Part shown: positions 20,057 to 29,847 of the stretch, one piece after another | How the letters are laid out: each line of letters opens with the position of its first letter | How positions within the stretch are numbered: the first letter of the stretch is position 1 | Notes under the pieces: model-generated | Database searches by the model: none | What the model saw: only the letters and a program-made list of their open reading frames with translations | What the model was told of the DNA's origin: nothing | Position numbers and translations under genes: made by a program | Source of the DNA: Bacteroidota bacterium | Lineage (GTDB): Bacteria > Bacteroidota > Bacteroidia > Chitinophagales > UBA10324 | Assembly (NCBI GenBank): GCA_014190575.1 | Contig: BJGQ01000006.1 | Location: 1,681 to 65,680 of the forward strand | DNA: 64,000 nt | Direction of reading: 5' to 3'

Positions 20057-21322
20057 TTACATTTTCACAAACATTCCAGTTTGAAAATTATTTCCAGAAG
20101 AAATTTTTATAAAATAAATTCCGTTTATAAATCCGGATATATCCATTCTGATTTGTGAATTAGTATTTATTGGTTGAATAAAATCCTGTTTGATTTTTTT
20201 TCCTGCGCCATCGAAAATTTCAATATCAAAATTGTTTTGGTTTTCAGTTGAAGCAATATTGAAATTAACATAATCAGTGGAAGGATTGGGATAGATTTTC
20301 AGAGAAGGATTTAAATTAATAGTTGAATTTTCAATTGACAGATATAAGAAAGGTTCATCAAACCGAACAACCCCCTTGTTGGTTGTAGCTAACCAAATTA
20401 CACCGGTAGTGTCAATTAGAATATCATTGATAGAACTGTCGGGCATTCCAACTGTTGAATCATTAAACACCTGCCAATAAATACTTCCTAGATAACGAAC
20501 CAATCCACCATCAAATGTTCCGCACAAAATTTTTCCGTCTTTATCTATTTCCAGAGAATTAACAGTGTAACTCGGCATATCAGAATTTGCCGGACTAAAT
20601 TCAACATAAGGAGGAGAATTATAAATGAACGAAGCAAGCCCATGAGCTGCGCAGCCTAACCACTTGAATCCATTTGTTCCGATTGCAATATCCTGAATGG
20701 TATTGTCAGGCACACCACCATTGAGAATAGTGTAAGTAATTAAGGAAGTATCAACTACTCTCGTAAGCCCACCATTAACAGTTCCAATCCACATGGTATC
20801 ATTTGTTGCAGGAACAATGCAATCAATATTATCAGACATCAACGCTGATGAAAACTGCTGGTAAATAGTCCAGGTTGTATCCATATCCCATACTGCAATT
20901 CCACCAGTGGTTCCAATCCACATTTTATTTTGTGAATCAATGGTAATTGCTTTTACGATGTTTGATGGAAGTTGCGAATTTGCCACCGTGTAGATGTTCC
21001 AGTTAGTTCCGTCAAACTTTCCCAATCCTCCCCCGGCAGTTCCTATCCATTTATTTCCGATCGCATCAACTGTAATTGCAAAAATATTGTTGAGATAAGA
21101 AGTTGTTTGATTATTAAATAAGAAATAATTCCAATTCACGCCATCAAATGAAGTGAAACCGTATTCGCTTCCTGCCCATAAAATATTTCCTTCTCGGGCA
21201 AGGCAATTGATTTTATTTACAATGAGAGGAGTATTGGTTGTATCGTAAACTGTAAATACCTGTTGTGCATTTATTGCATAAAATGAAAACAGAAAAAGAA
21301 GAATTGAAAAAAATAATTTCAT
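20057..21322 (-). CDS. Secreted beta-propeller (Reg_prop-type repeats) with T9SS CTD
   Basis: Signal INA|Q; repeated W-I/L-G-T-x-GG blades with NS.LP..V..I.ID spacers; CTD KIYPNPS...GIYFIKI. Confidence 0.8.
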   Translation of the reverse strand: MKLFFSILLFLFSFYAINAQQVFTVYDTTNTPLIVNKINCLAREGNILWAGSEYGFTSFDGVNWNYFLFNNQTTSYLNNIFAITVDAIGNKWIGTAGGGLGKFDGTNWNIYTVANSQLPSNIVKAITIDSQNKMWIGTTGGIAVWDMDTTWTIYQQFSSALMSDNIDCIVPATNDTMWIGTVNGGLTRVVDTSLITYTILNGGVPDNTIQDIAIGTNGFKWLGCAAHGLASFIYNSPPYVEFSPANSDMPSYTVNSLEIDKDGKILCGTFDGGLVRYLGSIYWQVFNDSTVGMPDSSINDILIDTTGVIWLATTNKGVVRFDEPFLYLSIENSTINLNPSLKIYPNPSTDYVNFNIASTENQNNFDIEIFDGAGKKIKQDFIQPINTNSQIRMDISGFINGIYFIKISSGNNFQTGMFVKM

Positions 21323-21337
21323 AAAATATTTAATTAT

Positions 21338-22114
21338 TTATCTCATCAGCATTCCTATTTCTCTGTCATTTAAATGTTTCCATTTTCCCCTTGGTAAATC
21401 TTTTTTTGTTAATCCGGCAAACATTACGCGGTCTAATTTTTCAACTGTGTAACCTAGGGCTTCAAACATGCGGCGCACCACCCGGTTTTTTCCTGAATGA
21501 ATTTGAATGCCGATTATACTTTTATCATGATCATCAGCATAAGCAACTTCATCGGCGTTGGCTTCGCCATCATCCAACTTCACTCCCGAAGCTAATTGTT
21601 CAAGATGTGCCAATGTTACATTCTTGTCTAACTTAACCATGTACAATTTTTTAACTTCTTTACTTGGATGCGAAAGTTTTTGTGCAAGGTCACCATCGTT
21701 CGTTAATAGAATTAATCCTGTCGTGTTTCTATCTAAACGACCAACAGGATACAATCTTTCAGTTGAAGCGCCCTTTACTAAATCCATCACTGTTTTTCTA
21801 TCCTTCTCATCACTTGTAGTTGTGATAAAATTTTTCGGCTTATTCAATAGCACATAAACTTTTTTCTGAAAAGATTTTACAAGTTTACCATCATACTTTA
21901 CTTCCTGAGTAGGCATTACCCTGTAACCCATTTCGGTAACAACTTTCCCATCAACAGTAACTTTTCCTGCTTTTATATAGTCATCTGCTTTTCGCCGTGC
22001 GCAAACTCCGGCATTACTCAAATACTTATTCAGGCGAGTGCCTTTGCCATCATCAGTTTTTTCTTTCTCAAAAAACTTTTCATTCTTTTGTTTTATCGGA
22101 ATCCTGTTTCTCAT
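21338..22114 (-). CDS. RsuA/RluB-family rRNA pseudouridine synthase
   Basis: S4 domain RLNKYLSNAGVCARRKAD; LLNKP; PVGRLDRNTTGL; GKNRVVRRM. Confidence 0.92.
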   Translation of the reverse strand: MRNRIPIKQKNEKFFEKEKTDDGKGTRLNKYLSNAGVCARRKADDYIKAGKVTVDGKVVTEMGYRVMPTQEVKYDGKLVKSFQKKVYVLLNKPKNFITTTSDEKDRKTVMDLVKGASTERLYPVGRLDRNTTGLILLTNDGDLAQKLSHPSKEVKKLYMVKLDKNVTLAHLEQLASGVKLDDGEANADEVAYADDHDKSIIGIQIHSGKNRVVRRMFEALGYTVEKLDRVMFAGLTKKDLPRGKWKHLNDREIGMLMR

Positions 22115-22121
22115 ACATGTG

Positions 22122-22129
22122 CAAAAGTA
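22122..22129 (-). promoter_or_regulatory. -7 box for the pseudouridine synthase gene
   Basis: TACTTTTG-CACATGT-ATG on the minus strand. Confidence 0.6.
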
Positions 22130-22201
22130 ATGTGAACATAATTGAAACCATTACGATATAATCTTTTCAAATTTGTTCATTCAAAAAAAAAATTCAAACT
22201 C

Positions 22202-23437
22202 ATGAAAAGATTTCTCTTACTCTCATTTTTGTTTTCATCATTGGCATTTGGTTCAAAAGCTCAATCGCTTGGTTGCGTGGAAAATTCTGTAATCAATATG
22301 TCACAATTTTGTCCAGCCGTTGTTGATTCCGTATGGGGATGCGATGGCAATTGCTACCTAAATCCATGCGAAGCATTGTTTCATTCTGGTGTTACACACT
22401 TTACACACGACCAATGCCTAGCTTCTCAACAATGTCATGCTGATTTTACATACTCAGATTTTGGTGGTGTAGCAAATTTTATTGATTCATCGTTTGGTTC
22501 AGGAGTAGGTACAGTAAGCTATGTTTATGAGTTTGGTGATGGCGATACATCGCATAACGGTAACCCTTCGCATACTTATGCTACGGCTGGTTATTATTTA
22601 GTTTGTTTAACAATTAGCGATCCTGTTTGTACCAGTACTTCTTGCAGATATATTTTAGCACCTGGCGGTGGTCCTTGCACACCTATGTTTACTGCTTCAA
22701 CCTATTGTGGGTTAACAACTTTTACTGATTTATCAACTCCAGCTAATTATTCATTTGCAGATTGGGATTTTGGAGATTTATCAACAACAACAGCTCCCCC
22801 TGGAAATATAACACATCAATATGATACCGCAGGAACTTATTTAGTGATTTTTACAATGCACGATACAATTAACAATTGCACAACTGGTTATTCTGCAACA
22901 ATTACAGTAACGCTTCCTGAAGTATCTGCAGGGTTTACTTATACTTCAACCGGATTGCCTGATAATATTGTAACTTTTGCAAATACAAGTACTGGTGCAG
23001 AAACTTATAATTGGGACTTTGGAGATGGAGCAACTGATTCTGTAGAAAACCCTACACACGATTATGCTGCAAATTGTAATTATACTGTTGTGTTGACTGC
23101 TTTTGATTCTGCTGGTTGCACTTCAATAATAACAGCGCAAATTGATGCATGCAATACTGGTATTCCAACCTACTCATCTGTTTTAAATTCATTGTCAGTT
23201 TATCCGAATCCTGCTAAAGAAAATATCAATGTAGTTTTGAATAGCAGAATGGCGAGCGATGTTGTATTAACTGTAAAAGATGTGACAGGCAGAAATGTTG
23301 TTGAATCCACTCCAATTCATATTAATGCCGGAAAAAATAATTACAATCTTAAATTGCCAGCACTTTCTGCAGGCGTTTACATGATTCATATTAGCGATGA
23401 TTATGGAATGATGAACACTCGCGTATTAATTAAATAA
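22202..23437 (+). CDS. T9SS cargo: Kazal-like domain + 3 PKD domains + CTD
   Basis: Signal SKA|Q from ATG 22202; CPAVVDSVWGCDGNCYLNPC; three (Y/W)xFGD motifs; VYPNPA. Confidence 0.8.
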   Translation: MKRFLLLSFLFSSLAFGSKAQSLGCVENSVINMSQFCPAVVDSVWGCDGNCYLNPCEALFHSGVTHFTHDQCLASQQCHADFTYSDFGGVANFIDSSFGSGVGTVSYVYEFGDGDTSHNGNPSHTYATAGYYLVCLTISDPVCTSTSCRYILAPGGGPCTPMFTASTYCGLTTFTDLSTPANYSFADWDFGDLSTTTAPPGNITHQYDTAGTYLVIFTMHDTINNCTTGYSATITVTLPEVSAGFTYTSTGLPDNIVTFANTSTGAETYNWDFGDGATDSVENPTHDYAANCNYTVVLTAFDSAGCTSIITAQIDACNTGIPTYSSVLNSLSVYPNPAKENINVVLNSRMASDVVLTVKDVTGRNVVESTPIHINAGKNNYNLKLPALSAGVYMIHISDDYGMMNTRVLIK

Positions 23438-23462
23438 AGCTAAATCTCTTATTAAAATTAGT

Positions 23463-23496
23463 AGAGGCTGTCGTAAAATGACAGCCTCTTTTTTTT
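23463..23496 (+). terminator. Intrinsic terminator after the PKD gene
   Basis: AGAGGCTGTC-N7-GACAGCCTCT followed by a T-run. Confidence 0.85.
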
Positions 23497-23542
23497 CAAT
23501 AATTATTTCACAATAATTACTTCAAAGATTTTATTTGTGAGG

Positions 23543-23573
23543 TTTGGTTCATTTGCGGATAAGAATATATTTG
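23543..23573 (+). promoter_or_regulatory. tRNA promoter (-33 and -7 boxes)
   Basis: TTTG at 23543, 19-nt spacer, TATATTTG at 23566. Confidence 0.75.
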
Positions 23574-23601
23574 CACTCCCGAAATAAAAATCGGTTTAAA
23601 T

Positions 23602-23675
23602 TCCTCCTTAGCTCAGTTGGTTAGAGCATCTGACTGTTAATCAGAGGGTCTCTGGTTCAAGTCCAGAAGGGGGAG
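23602..23675 (+). tRNA. tRNA-Asn (GTT); CCA not encoded
   Basis: Acceptor stem TCCTCCT/AGGGGGA, D-arm GCTC-AGTTGGTTA-GAGC, anticodon arm TCTGA-CTGTTAA-TCAGA, T-arm TCTGG-TTCAAGT-CCAGA. Confidence 0.97.
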
Positions 23676-23685
23676 CAAAAAAGTG

Positions 23686-23718
23686 AGGCTGCTGGAAAAA
23701 ACCCTGCAGCCTTTTTTT
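23686..23718 (+). terminator. Intrinsic terminator after the tRNA
   Basis: AGGCTGC...GCAGCCT followed by a T-run. Confidence 0.75.
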
Positions 23719-23764
23719 ATTATAGATTTCTCTTTATCAATTTCAATTTTACTTTTATTGAATT

Positions 23765-25306
23765 ATGCTGGTAAAAACTTATGGCTCTGCTGTATTCGGA
23801 ATTGATGCGCAAACCATTACAATCGAAACTTATTATGGAAGTGGTCAACTGAATTATGTGGTCGTTGGTTTACCCGATGGTGCTGTTCGCGAGAGCTTGT
23901 ATCGAATAGAAGCAGCATTTAAAACTTGTGATTTAAAAATGCCGCGTCAACGGTTGGTAGTCAATCTTGCTCCTGCCGATATTAAAAAGGAAGGTTCAGC
24001 TTATGATTTACCAATGGCAATTGGAATACTTGGTGTATCAGAACAAATCAATCTCGATTTATTAAATCAATATATAATCATGGGCGAACTTTCTCTTGAT
24101 GGAAGTTTACGACCAATAAAAGGCGCTTTACCAATTGCCATTCAAGCACGAAAGGAGGAATACAAGGGATTTATTCTTCCGAAAGAAAATGCAAGGGAGG
24201 CTGCAATAGTCAGCAAGATTGATGTGTATGGAATGAGTCACATCAATGAAGTAATAGATTTTCTCAATGGGAAATCAAAACCAGAACCAATTTTTGTTGA
24301 TACACGAAAGGAATTTGCAGAATCGCAGAACAGTATTGATTTTGATTTTTCAGAAGTTAAAGGTCAGGAAAATATTAAGCGCGCTATGGAAATTTCTGCA
24401 GCTGGGGGTCACAATGTTATTTTAATTGGTCCACCCGGGGCAGGAAAAACCATGCTTGCGAAAAGATTGCCAACCATTCTTCCGCCACTTTCACTTTCAG
24501 AAGCTTTGGAGACAACAAAGATTCATTCAGTTGCTGGAAAATTACCTGCAGATACTGCTCTTGTTTCATTGCGTCCATTTCGTTCACCGCATCATACGAT
24601 TAGCGATGTGGCATTAGTTGGAGGGGGAAATAATCCGCAACCAGGAGAAATTTCTCTTGCACACAATGGCGTTTTATTTTTAGATGAGTTGCCGGAGTTT
24701 AAAAGAACAGTGTTGGAAGTTTTGCGTCAACCAATGGAGGAGCGCAAAGTCACAATATCACGAGCGCGATTTTCAGTTGATTACCCATCTAGTTTTATGT
24801 TGATAGCTTCTATGAATCCATGTCCATGCGGGTATTACAATCATCCTGAAAAAGAATGTGTATGTGCCCCGGGAGTTGTTCAGAAATACTTGAATAAAAT
24901 TTCAGGACCATTACTCGACCGGATTGATTTGCATGTTGAAGTAACTCCTGTTCCATTTTCAGAATTATCATCTAAATCACTTTCCGAAAAAAGTGAATCA
25001 ATTCGCGAGCGTGTAGTGAAAGCAAGAAACATTCAAATAGAAAGATTTAAAGAAAAGAAAAACATACACAGCAATGCGCAAATGGAAAGCAAGCAGGTGC
25101 GCGAAATATGCAAGCTCACTTCGGCAGGCGAAACACTATTAAAAACTGCAATGGAACGATTGAATTTATCGGCGCGTGCATACGACAGAATATTAAAAGT
25201 TGCAAGAACAATTGCCGACCTTTCTGATAGCGAGGATATAAAAACCGAACATCTTGCTGAAGCAATTCACTACCGAAGTTTGGACAAGGAAAACTGGGCT
25301 GGATAA
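23765..25306 (+). CDS. comM: YifB/ComM-family Mg-chelatase-like AAA+ ATPase
   Basis: VGLPD, VNLAPAD, GPPGAGKT, PFRSPHH, LFLDELPEF, MNPCPCG, GPLLDRID, LSARAYDR. Confidence 0.93.
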   Translation: MLVKTYGSAVFGIDAQTITIETYYGSGQLNYVVVGLPDGAVRESLYRIEAAFKTCDLKMPRQRLVVNLAPADIKKEGSAYDLPMAIGILGVSEQINLDLLNQYIIMGELSLDGSLRPIKGALPIAIQARKEEYKGFILPKENAREAAIVSKIDVYGMSHINEVIDFLNGKSKPEPIFVDTRKEFAESQNSIDFDFSEVKGQENIKRAMEISAAGGHNVILIGPPGAGKTMLAKRLPTILPPLSLSEALETTKIHSVAGKLPADTALVSLRPFRSPHHTISDVALVGGGNNPQPGEISLAHNGVLFLDELPEFKRTVLEVLRQPMEERKVTISRARFSVDYPSSFMLIASMNPCPCGYYNHPEKECVCAPGVVQKYLNKISGPLLDRIDLHVEVTPVPFSELSSKSLSEKSESIRERVVKARNIQIERFKEKKNIHSNAQMESKQVREICKLTSAGETLLKTAMERLNLSARAYDRILKVARTIADLSDSEDIKTEHLAEAIHYRSLDKENWAG

Positions 25307-25370
25307 ATTAAATTGTTGAGATTAAATTCTAAAATAATTTGATATAAAATTTATTACTGAGTGATTCATC

Positions 25371-26849
25371 GTGCACAATCGATTATTTTTTTTTTTCCGA
25401 AGCAACAATCCGATTTTGAATCTGGTATTAATAATTGCGCTTCTTTACCAGATAATTCTGCATTTCTGTATTCCTGTTTTGCCTCACTACCTCAACGATC
25501 CTGCTTGGTACTTTATGTACCTACATTACTTTACTACCGGGGAATGGATTCAGGAAGAATTATATCCATCGTTTCATCAACCGGTTTTGTATTACAGTTC
25601 TCTTGGATATTCGGTTGCACATTACATAACATATCTATTCAGCAGAATCCTGGAACTGCCATCAGCAACATTGCTTTCACATTTACAATTTATACTTTAT
25701 CTTACCACTGCGCGGATGGTTTTTCTTTTAACCAGACGACAAGCTGGCCAGCAGACAGGATTAATTGTGTCATTAGCGTTCTTCTGGTTTATACCATTTT
25801 TTAATTATGCGCATCTTGCTATGTCAGAAACATGGTTCATTGCTGGTTTTTTATTTGTTATTTTTTTGTTCGACCAATCAATTCAATATAAGAGTAAATA
25901 TTTTATTGCAGCAACTTTTACAATGGCAGGTTATATATTTCTGGTTCGACCTATAGCTGGTGTATTATTCCCAATATTGATATTTCTTTTTTTATTTTTT
26001 GCTCAATCAGAATTCAAACTGAAAACAATATTATTATCCAGCGTTTTATTTTTTTGTTTTCCGGTTACCCAATCAGTTTTTAACAAAATTGAATTCAATA
26101 CCTGGAATTTACGAGAAGGCTTTGGCTGGAATTTATGGAACCGAGTAATATTTACAGATAATCATTTTCCTGAACACTCGACAGCCACAATTGCATTAGC
26201 AAAGAAATTGAACTTACCAGATTTTGTCCCTTCAAAAGGGCATTGGTGGGAAGTAACAAGTCAACTTTCAAACTTAGGTTTACAGCCACACGAAATACAA
26301 GATTTTTGTTTGAAAGTTGACCTCGAAGGAATTAATGAATATTCATTGCAATACACTTTAAATACTTTGAAGTTTGGCATTTTGGAATTACCCTTTGATC
26401 CTCAGGATGCTGAAGGTGTTTTTCCTGAAATTGAAAACTATAAAAGTTATATAATCAATTATAGAAGCAAGCATCACATGCCGTTGGTTATTGAATTAGA
26501 AAAACAAAATTTTAATTTTTCAGCATTCAGAAACGCAATGCTTTCTTCCTACAACAGTTGGAACAATATTTATAGTTTGATTTCTAAAAAGTTATTGTAC
26601 TATTTTTTAAATACTTCCTTGTGGATTGGCTTGATACTTCAATGTGTAAAAAAATATAAAGGTCAATTCATTAACCCAACATTTCTATTAATGCTTGTAC
26701 TTCCATTTGCAATTTCAATTGGGTCATGCGCTTTTGAGGTTTTACACGACAGATATTTTTTACCTGGAATTTTATTAGAGTTAATGGCAACAGGAATTTT
26801 AATTTCATCTGGAGTTAAGTTTTTGATAAAAAGTAAAATAGTGAGATGA
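25371..26849 (+). CDS. Polytopic membrane protein, likely GT-C fold (ArnT/PMT-like) glycosyltransferase
   Basis: Many TM helices; acidic residue in the first loop (NDPAWY), MSETWF, LVRP, C-terminal DRY; start codon uncertain. Confidence 0.55.
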   Translation: MHNRLFFFFRSNNPILNLVLIIALLYQIILHFCIPVLPHYLNDPAWYFMYLHYFTTGEWIQEELYPSFHQPVLYYSSLGYSVAHYITYLFSRILELPSATLLSHLQFILYLTTARMVFLLTRRQAGQQTGLIVSLAFFWFIPFFNYAHLAMSETWFIAGFLFVIFLFDQSIQYKSKYFIAATFTMAGYIFLVRPIAGVLFPILIFLFLFFAQSEFKLKTILLSSVLFFCFPVTQSVFNKIEFNTWNLREGFGWNLWNRVIFTDNHFPEHSTATIALAKKLNLPDFVPSKGHWWEVTSQLSNLGLQPHEIQDFCLKVDLEGINEYSLQYTLNTLKFGILELPFDPQDAEGVFPEIENYKSYIINYRSKHHMPLVIELEKQNFNFSAFRNAMLSSYNSWNNIYSLISKKLLYYFLNTSLWIGLILQCVKKYKGQFINPTFLLMLVLPFAISIGSCAFEVLHDRYFLPGILLELMATGILISSGVKFLIKSKIVR

Positions 26850-27748
26850 AAACAGTTCTCATAACCGGTGCTTCAGGATTAATCGGAAAACGATTGACTG
26901 AAATCTTATTGGAGAAAGGATTTATTGTTCGGCATCTCTCCAGAAAAAATGGCGATGGAATTATTCCGACTTTTATCTGGAACATTGAAAACATGGTAAT
27001 TGATGTAAAAGCATTTGAAAATGTGGATGCAATTATTCATTTAGCAGGTATAAATGTTGGCGATAAAAGATGGACTGCTTCGTATAAAAATGAAATTCTT
27101 AATAGCAGAATTATTAGTTCTGATTTATTGGTGAAGTCTCTAAAAGAAACCTCTAACCTAATAAAGACAATTGTCAGTGCATCCGCAATCGGTTATTATG
27201 GAAACCGTTCAAATGAAATTTTGAATGAAAATACAAAACCGGCTAAAGATTTTTTTGGCAAAACATGCATAGCTTGGGAAGAAACTGTTCGCAAAGCAGA
27301 AGAAATAAATATTCGGACAGTTCAATTAAGAACCGGAATTGTATTATCAAAAAATGGAGGTGCATTAACAGAATTAATCAAGCCACTACAATTTTTTATA
27401 AAGCCAATATTTTACCCAGGAACTCAGATTTATAGCTGGATACACATTGATGATTTGTGCAACGCATATATTCATGCCATTGAAAATGAAAACATGAATG
27501 GAGCATACAACGCAGTTGCACCGAACACAATTTCATATTCTGTTATAATGAATGAAATTGCCTTGATAAAGAAACGGAAAGTATTCCCTTTTCAGGTATT
27601 CAACTGGATGCTTAGAATTATAATAGGAGAATTTGCCGATTCACTTTATCAAAACATAAATTGTTCAAGTAAAAGGCTGGAGGCCACAGGATTTCAATTT
27701 CAATTTCCAGAAATTAAAATGGCACTCGAAAATTTATTTAGAAAATAA
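26846..27748 (+). CDS. TIGR01777/YfcH-family NAD-dependent epimerase-like oxidoreductase
   Basis: ITGASGLIG, IIHLAG, SASAIGYYG, RTGIVL, SWIHIDD, YNAVAP. Confidence 0.9.
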   Translation: MKTVLITGASGLIGKRLTEILLEKGFIVRHLSRKNGDGIIPTFIWNIENMVIDVKAFENVDAIIHLAGINVGDKRWTASYKNEILNSRIISSDLLVKSLKETSNLIKTIVSASAIGYYGNRSNEILNENTKPAKDFFGKTCIAWEETVRKAEEINIRTVQLRTGIVLSKNGGALTELIKPLQFFIKPIFYPGTQIYSWIHIDDLCNAYIHAIENENMNGAYNAVAPNTISYSVIMNEIALIKKRKVFPFQVFNWMLRIIIGEFADSLYQNINCSSKRLEATGFQFQFPEIKMALENLFRK

Positions 27749-27837
27749 AAATTTTTATAAATGTCAAATGAGAATAAAAAATATTTTCAAAAAAAACAAA
27801 AAACTGATAACTAAAAATGAGAAAGTATTTTCGCCAC

Positions 27838-28590
27838 ATGCGAAAACTCAGCCTACTGTTTTGTTTGCTCTCTCTAAATTCCGTTGCTCAAAAAAAAACC
27901 AACATCAAAGACACTTTGGTTAATGCGCGAATCATCAGTGCGGCTTATACTTACCAGGTTCCTGCGGCTGATATGGCAAAAAGATTTGGAGTCGGAAGCG
28001 CGATTGAAGGAAGTTTTCTATTCAAATTCGGGAAGAACTGGTTGATTGGGGCAACAGGAAGCTTTTTGTTCAGTGCCAATGTTCGTGAAGACACCATTCT
28101 TGATGCATTAAAAACATCGTCGGGAAATTTTATAAATAACAGTGGCATTTATTCTTCCATTGTTTTAAACGAACGAGGATATTTAATACAAGGAAAATTC
28201 GGAAAAATTATCCCAGCTTTTCATATCAATCCTAATTCAGGAATTATGGCCACTATTGGTGTGGGATTCATTCAACACAAAATAAGAATTCAGGAAATCG
28301 GAAATGACCTTCCGCAATTTGCAGGTGATTATGTGAAAGGGTACGACCGGTTAACTAATGGAATTTGCACCAGCCAGTTTTTAGGATTTGCTCATTTTGA
28401 CCCTAGAAAATTATTGAATTTTTATACCGGAATTGAAGTAACAGAAGGTTTCACACAAAATCGGCGCGATTGGAATTTTGATTCTTATGCTCGCGATGAT
28501 TCGAAGCGATTGGATATTTTAATTGGATTAAAACTCGCATGGTTTCTTCCACTTTATGGGCGCACTTACCAGGAATTTTATACGCATTAA
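27838..28590 (+). CDS. Conserved Bacteroidota hypothetical protein, probable outer-membrane beta-barrel
   Basis: Signal SVA|Q from ATG 27838; amphipathic beta strands; GFIQHKI, KGYDRLTNG. Confidence 0.6.
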   Translation: MRKLSLLFCLLSLNSVAQKKTNIKDTLVNARIISAAYTYQVPAADMAKRFGVGSAIEGSFLFKFGKNWLIGATGSFLFSANVREDTILDALKTSSGNFINNSGIYSSIVLNERGYLIQGKFGKIIPAFHINPNSGIMATIGVGFIQHKIRIQEIGNDLPQFAGDYVKGYDRLTNGICTSQFLGFAHFDPRKLLNFYTGIEVTEGFTQNRRDWNFDSYARDDSKRLDILIGLKLAWFLPLYGRTYQEFYTH

Positions 28591-29846
28591 TGGATTCGGC
28601 TTTTGTTTTTATTTATGATTTAGCCATTCAATTTTATTTACTAGCCATTCGTGTTTCTTCTTCGTTCAATCCAAAAGCCAAACAGTTTATAAATGGAAGA
28701 AAAAATTTATTAAATGAAATAAAAGATGCAATTCATAAAAATGAATATATCGTTTGGATGCATTGTGCTTCGGTTGGAGAATACGAGCAAGGCCGACCGG
28801 TCATTGAAAAACTGAAAGCTGAAAACAATAACATAAAAGTGTTACTCACTTTTTTTTCTCCAAGTGGTTATTTGCAACGAAAAAATAGTTCTGAAGCTGA
28901 TTATATTTTCTACTTACCAATTGATACAAAAAAAAATGCTGAAAATTTTATCAGGATAATAAACCCACAGTTCGTCATTTTTGTGAAATACGAATTCTGG
29001 TTTCATCATTTGATCGAACTGAAGAAAAAGAATATTCCTACCATTCTCATATCCGGAATTTTCAGAAGAGAGCAATTGTTTTTCCGATGGTTTGGGAAAC
29101 CTTTTCTAGCAGTAATTAAATCATTTAATAAAATATTTGTTCAGGATAAAAATTCATTTGCACTATTAAATGAATTTGCATTGACAAATGCAGTTCTTTC
29201 TTCCGATACCAGATTTGATCGGGTTCTTCAGGTAAAAAACAATTCAAAGCAATTTCCGGAAATAGAAAAATTCTGTTTCGATAATAAAGTAATAATTGCA
29301 GGAAGCACCTGGCCTGAAGATGAAAAATTACTTATTCAATTTATTACGCAACAAAAAAAATCAGGGTTGAAATGGATAATTGCGCCGCATGAAATCTCTG
29401 AAAAACATATTGGTTCCTTAATTAATCAACTTGGAGAAAAAACAATTCGGTTTTCACAAATTCAAAACGCAAGCAACGACAAACAATTTTTAGTGATAGA
29501 TAATATCGGAATGCTGAGTAGCATTTATCAATATGGAACAATAGCTTATGTTGGAGGAGGATTTGGAAAAGGAATTCATAATATTTTAGAAGCCTCAGTT
29601 TATGGTGTTCCTGTTTTGTTCGGACCGAATTATAAAAAATTTCGTGAAGCAAATGATTTGATTCAAACTGAAAGTTGTTTCTCTATTCAAAATGAAAATG
29701 AATTTGATTTCAAAATCAATCAATTGCTGAATGATAAAAAATTATATTCCGAATGTTCAATTGGTTGTTACGATTATGTAAAAAATAATTCTGGCGCAAC
29801 TGATCAAATAGTCCAATACATCAAAAAAGAAATTTTTAAAAAATAA
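28590..29846 (+). CDS. waaA: 3-deoxy-D-manno-octulosonic acid (Kdo) transferase
   Basis: WMHCASVGEYEQ, TFFSPSG, YLPID, AGSTW, APHE, YVGGGF, HNILE; TAATG coupling gives start 28590. Confidence 0.92.
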   Translation: MDSAFVFIYDLAIQFYLLAIRVSSSFNPKAKQFINGRKNLLNEIKDAIHKNEYIVWMHCASVGEYEQGRPVIEKLKAENNNIKVLLTFFSPSGYLQRKNSSEADYIFYLPIDTKKNAENFIRIINPQFVIFVKYEFWFHHLIELKKKNIPTILISGIFRREQLFFRWFGKPFLAVIKSFNKIFVQDKNSFALLNEFALTNAVLSSDTRFDRVLQVKNNSKQFPEIEKFCFDNKVIIAGSTWPEDEKLLIQFITQQKKSGLKWIIAPHEISEKHIGSLINQLGEKTIRFSQIQNASNDKQFLVIDNIGMLSSIYQYGTIAYVGGGFGKGIHNILEASVYGVPVLFGPNYKKFREANDLIQTESCFSIQNENEFDFKINQLLNDKKLYSECSIGCYDYVKNNSGATDQIVQYIKKEIFKK

Positions 29847-29847
29847 T

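Noticed and set aside
23602-25306. tRNA-Asn and comM as integration hotspots for an island or prophage
   Set aside because: comM is intact, and I saw no integrase, no duplicated tRNA 3' end and no phage genes nearby
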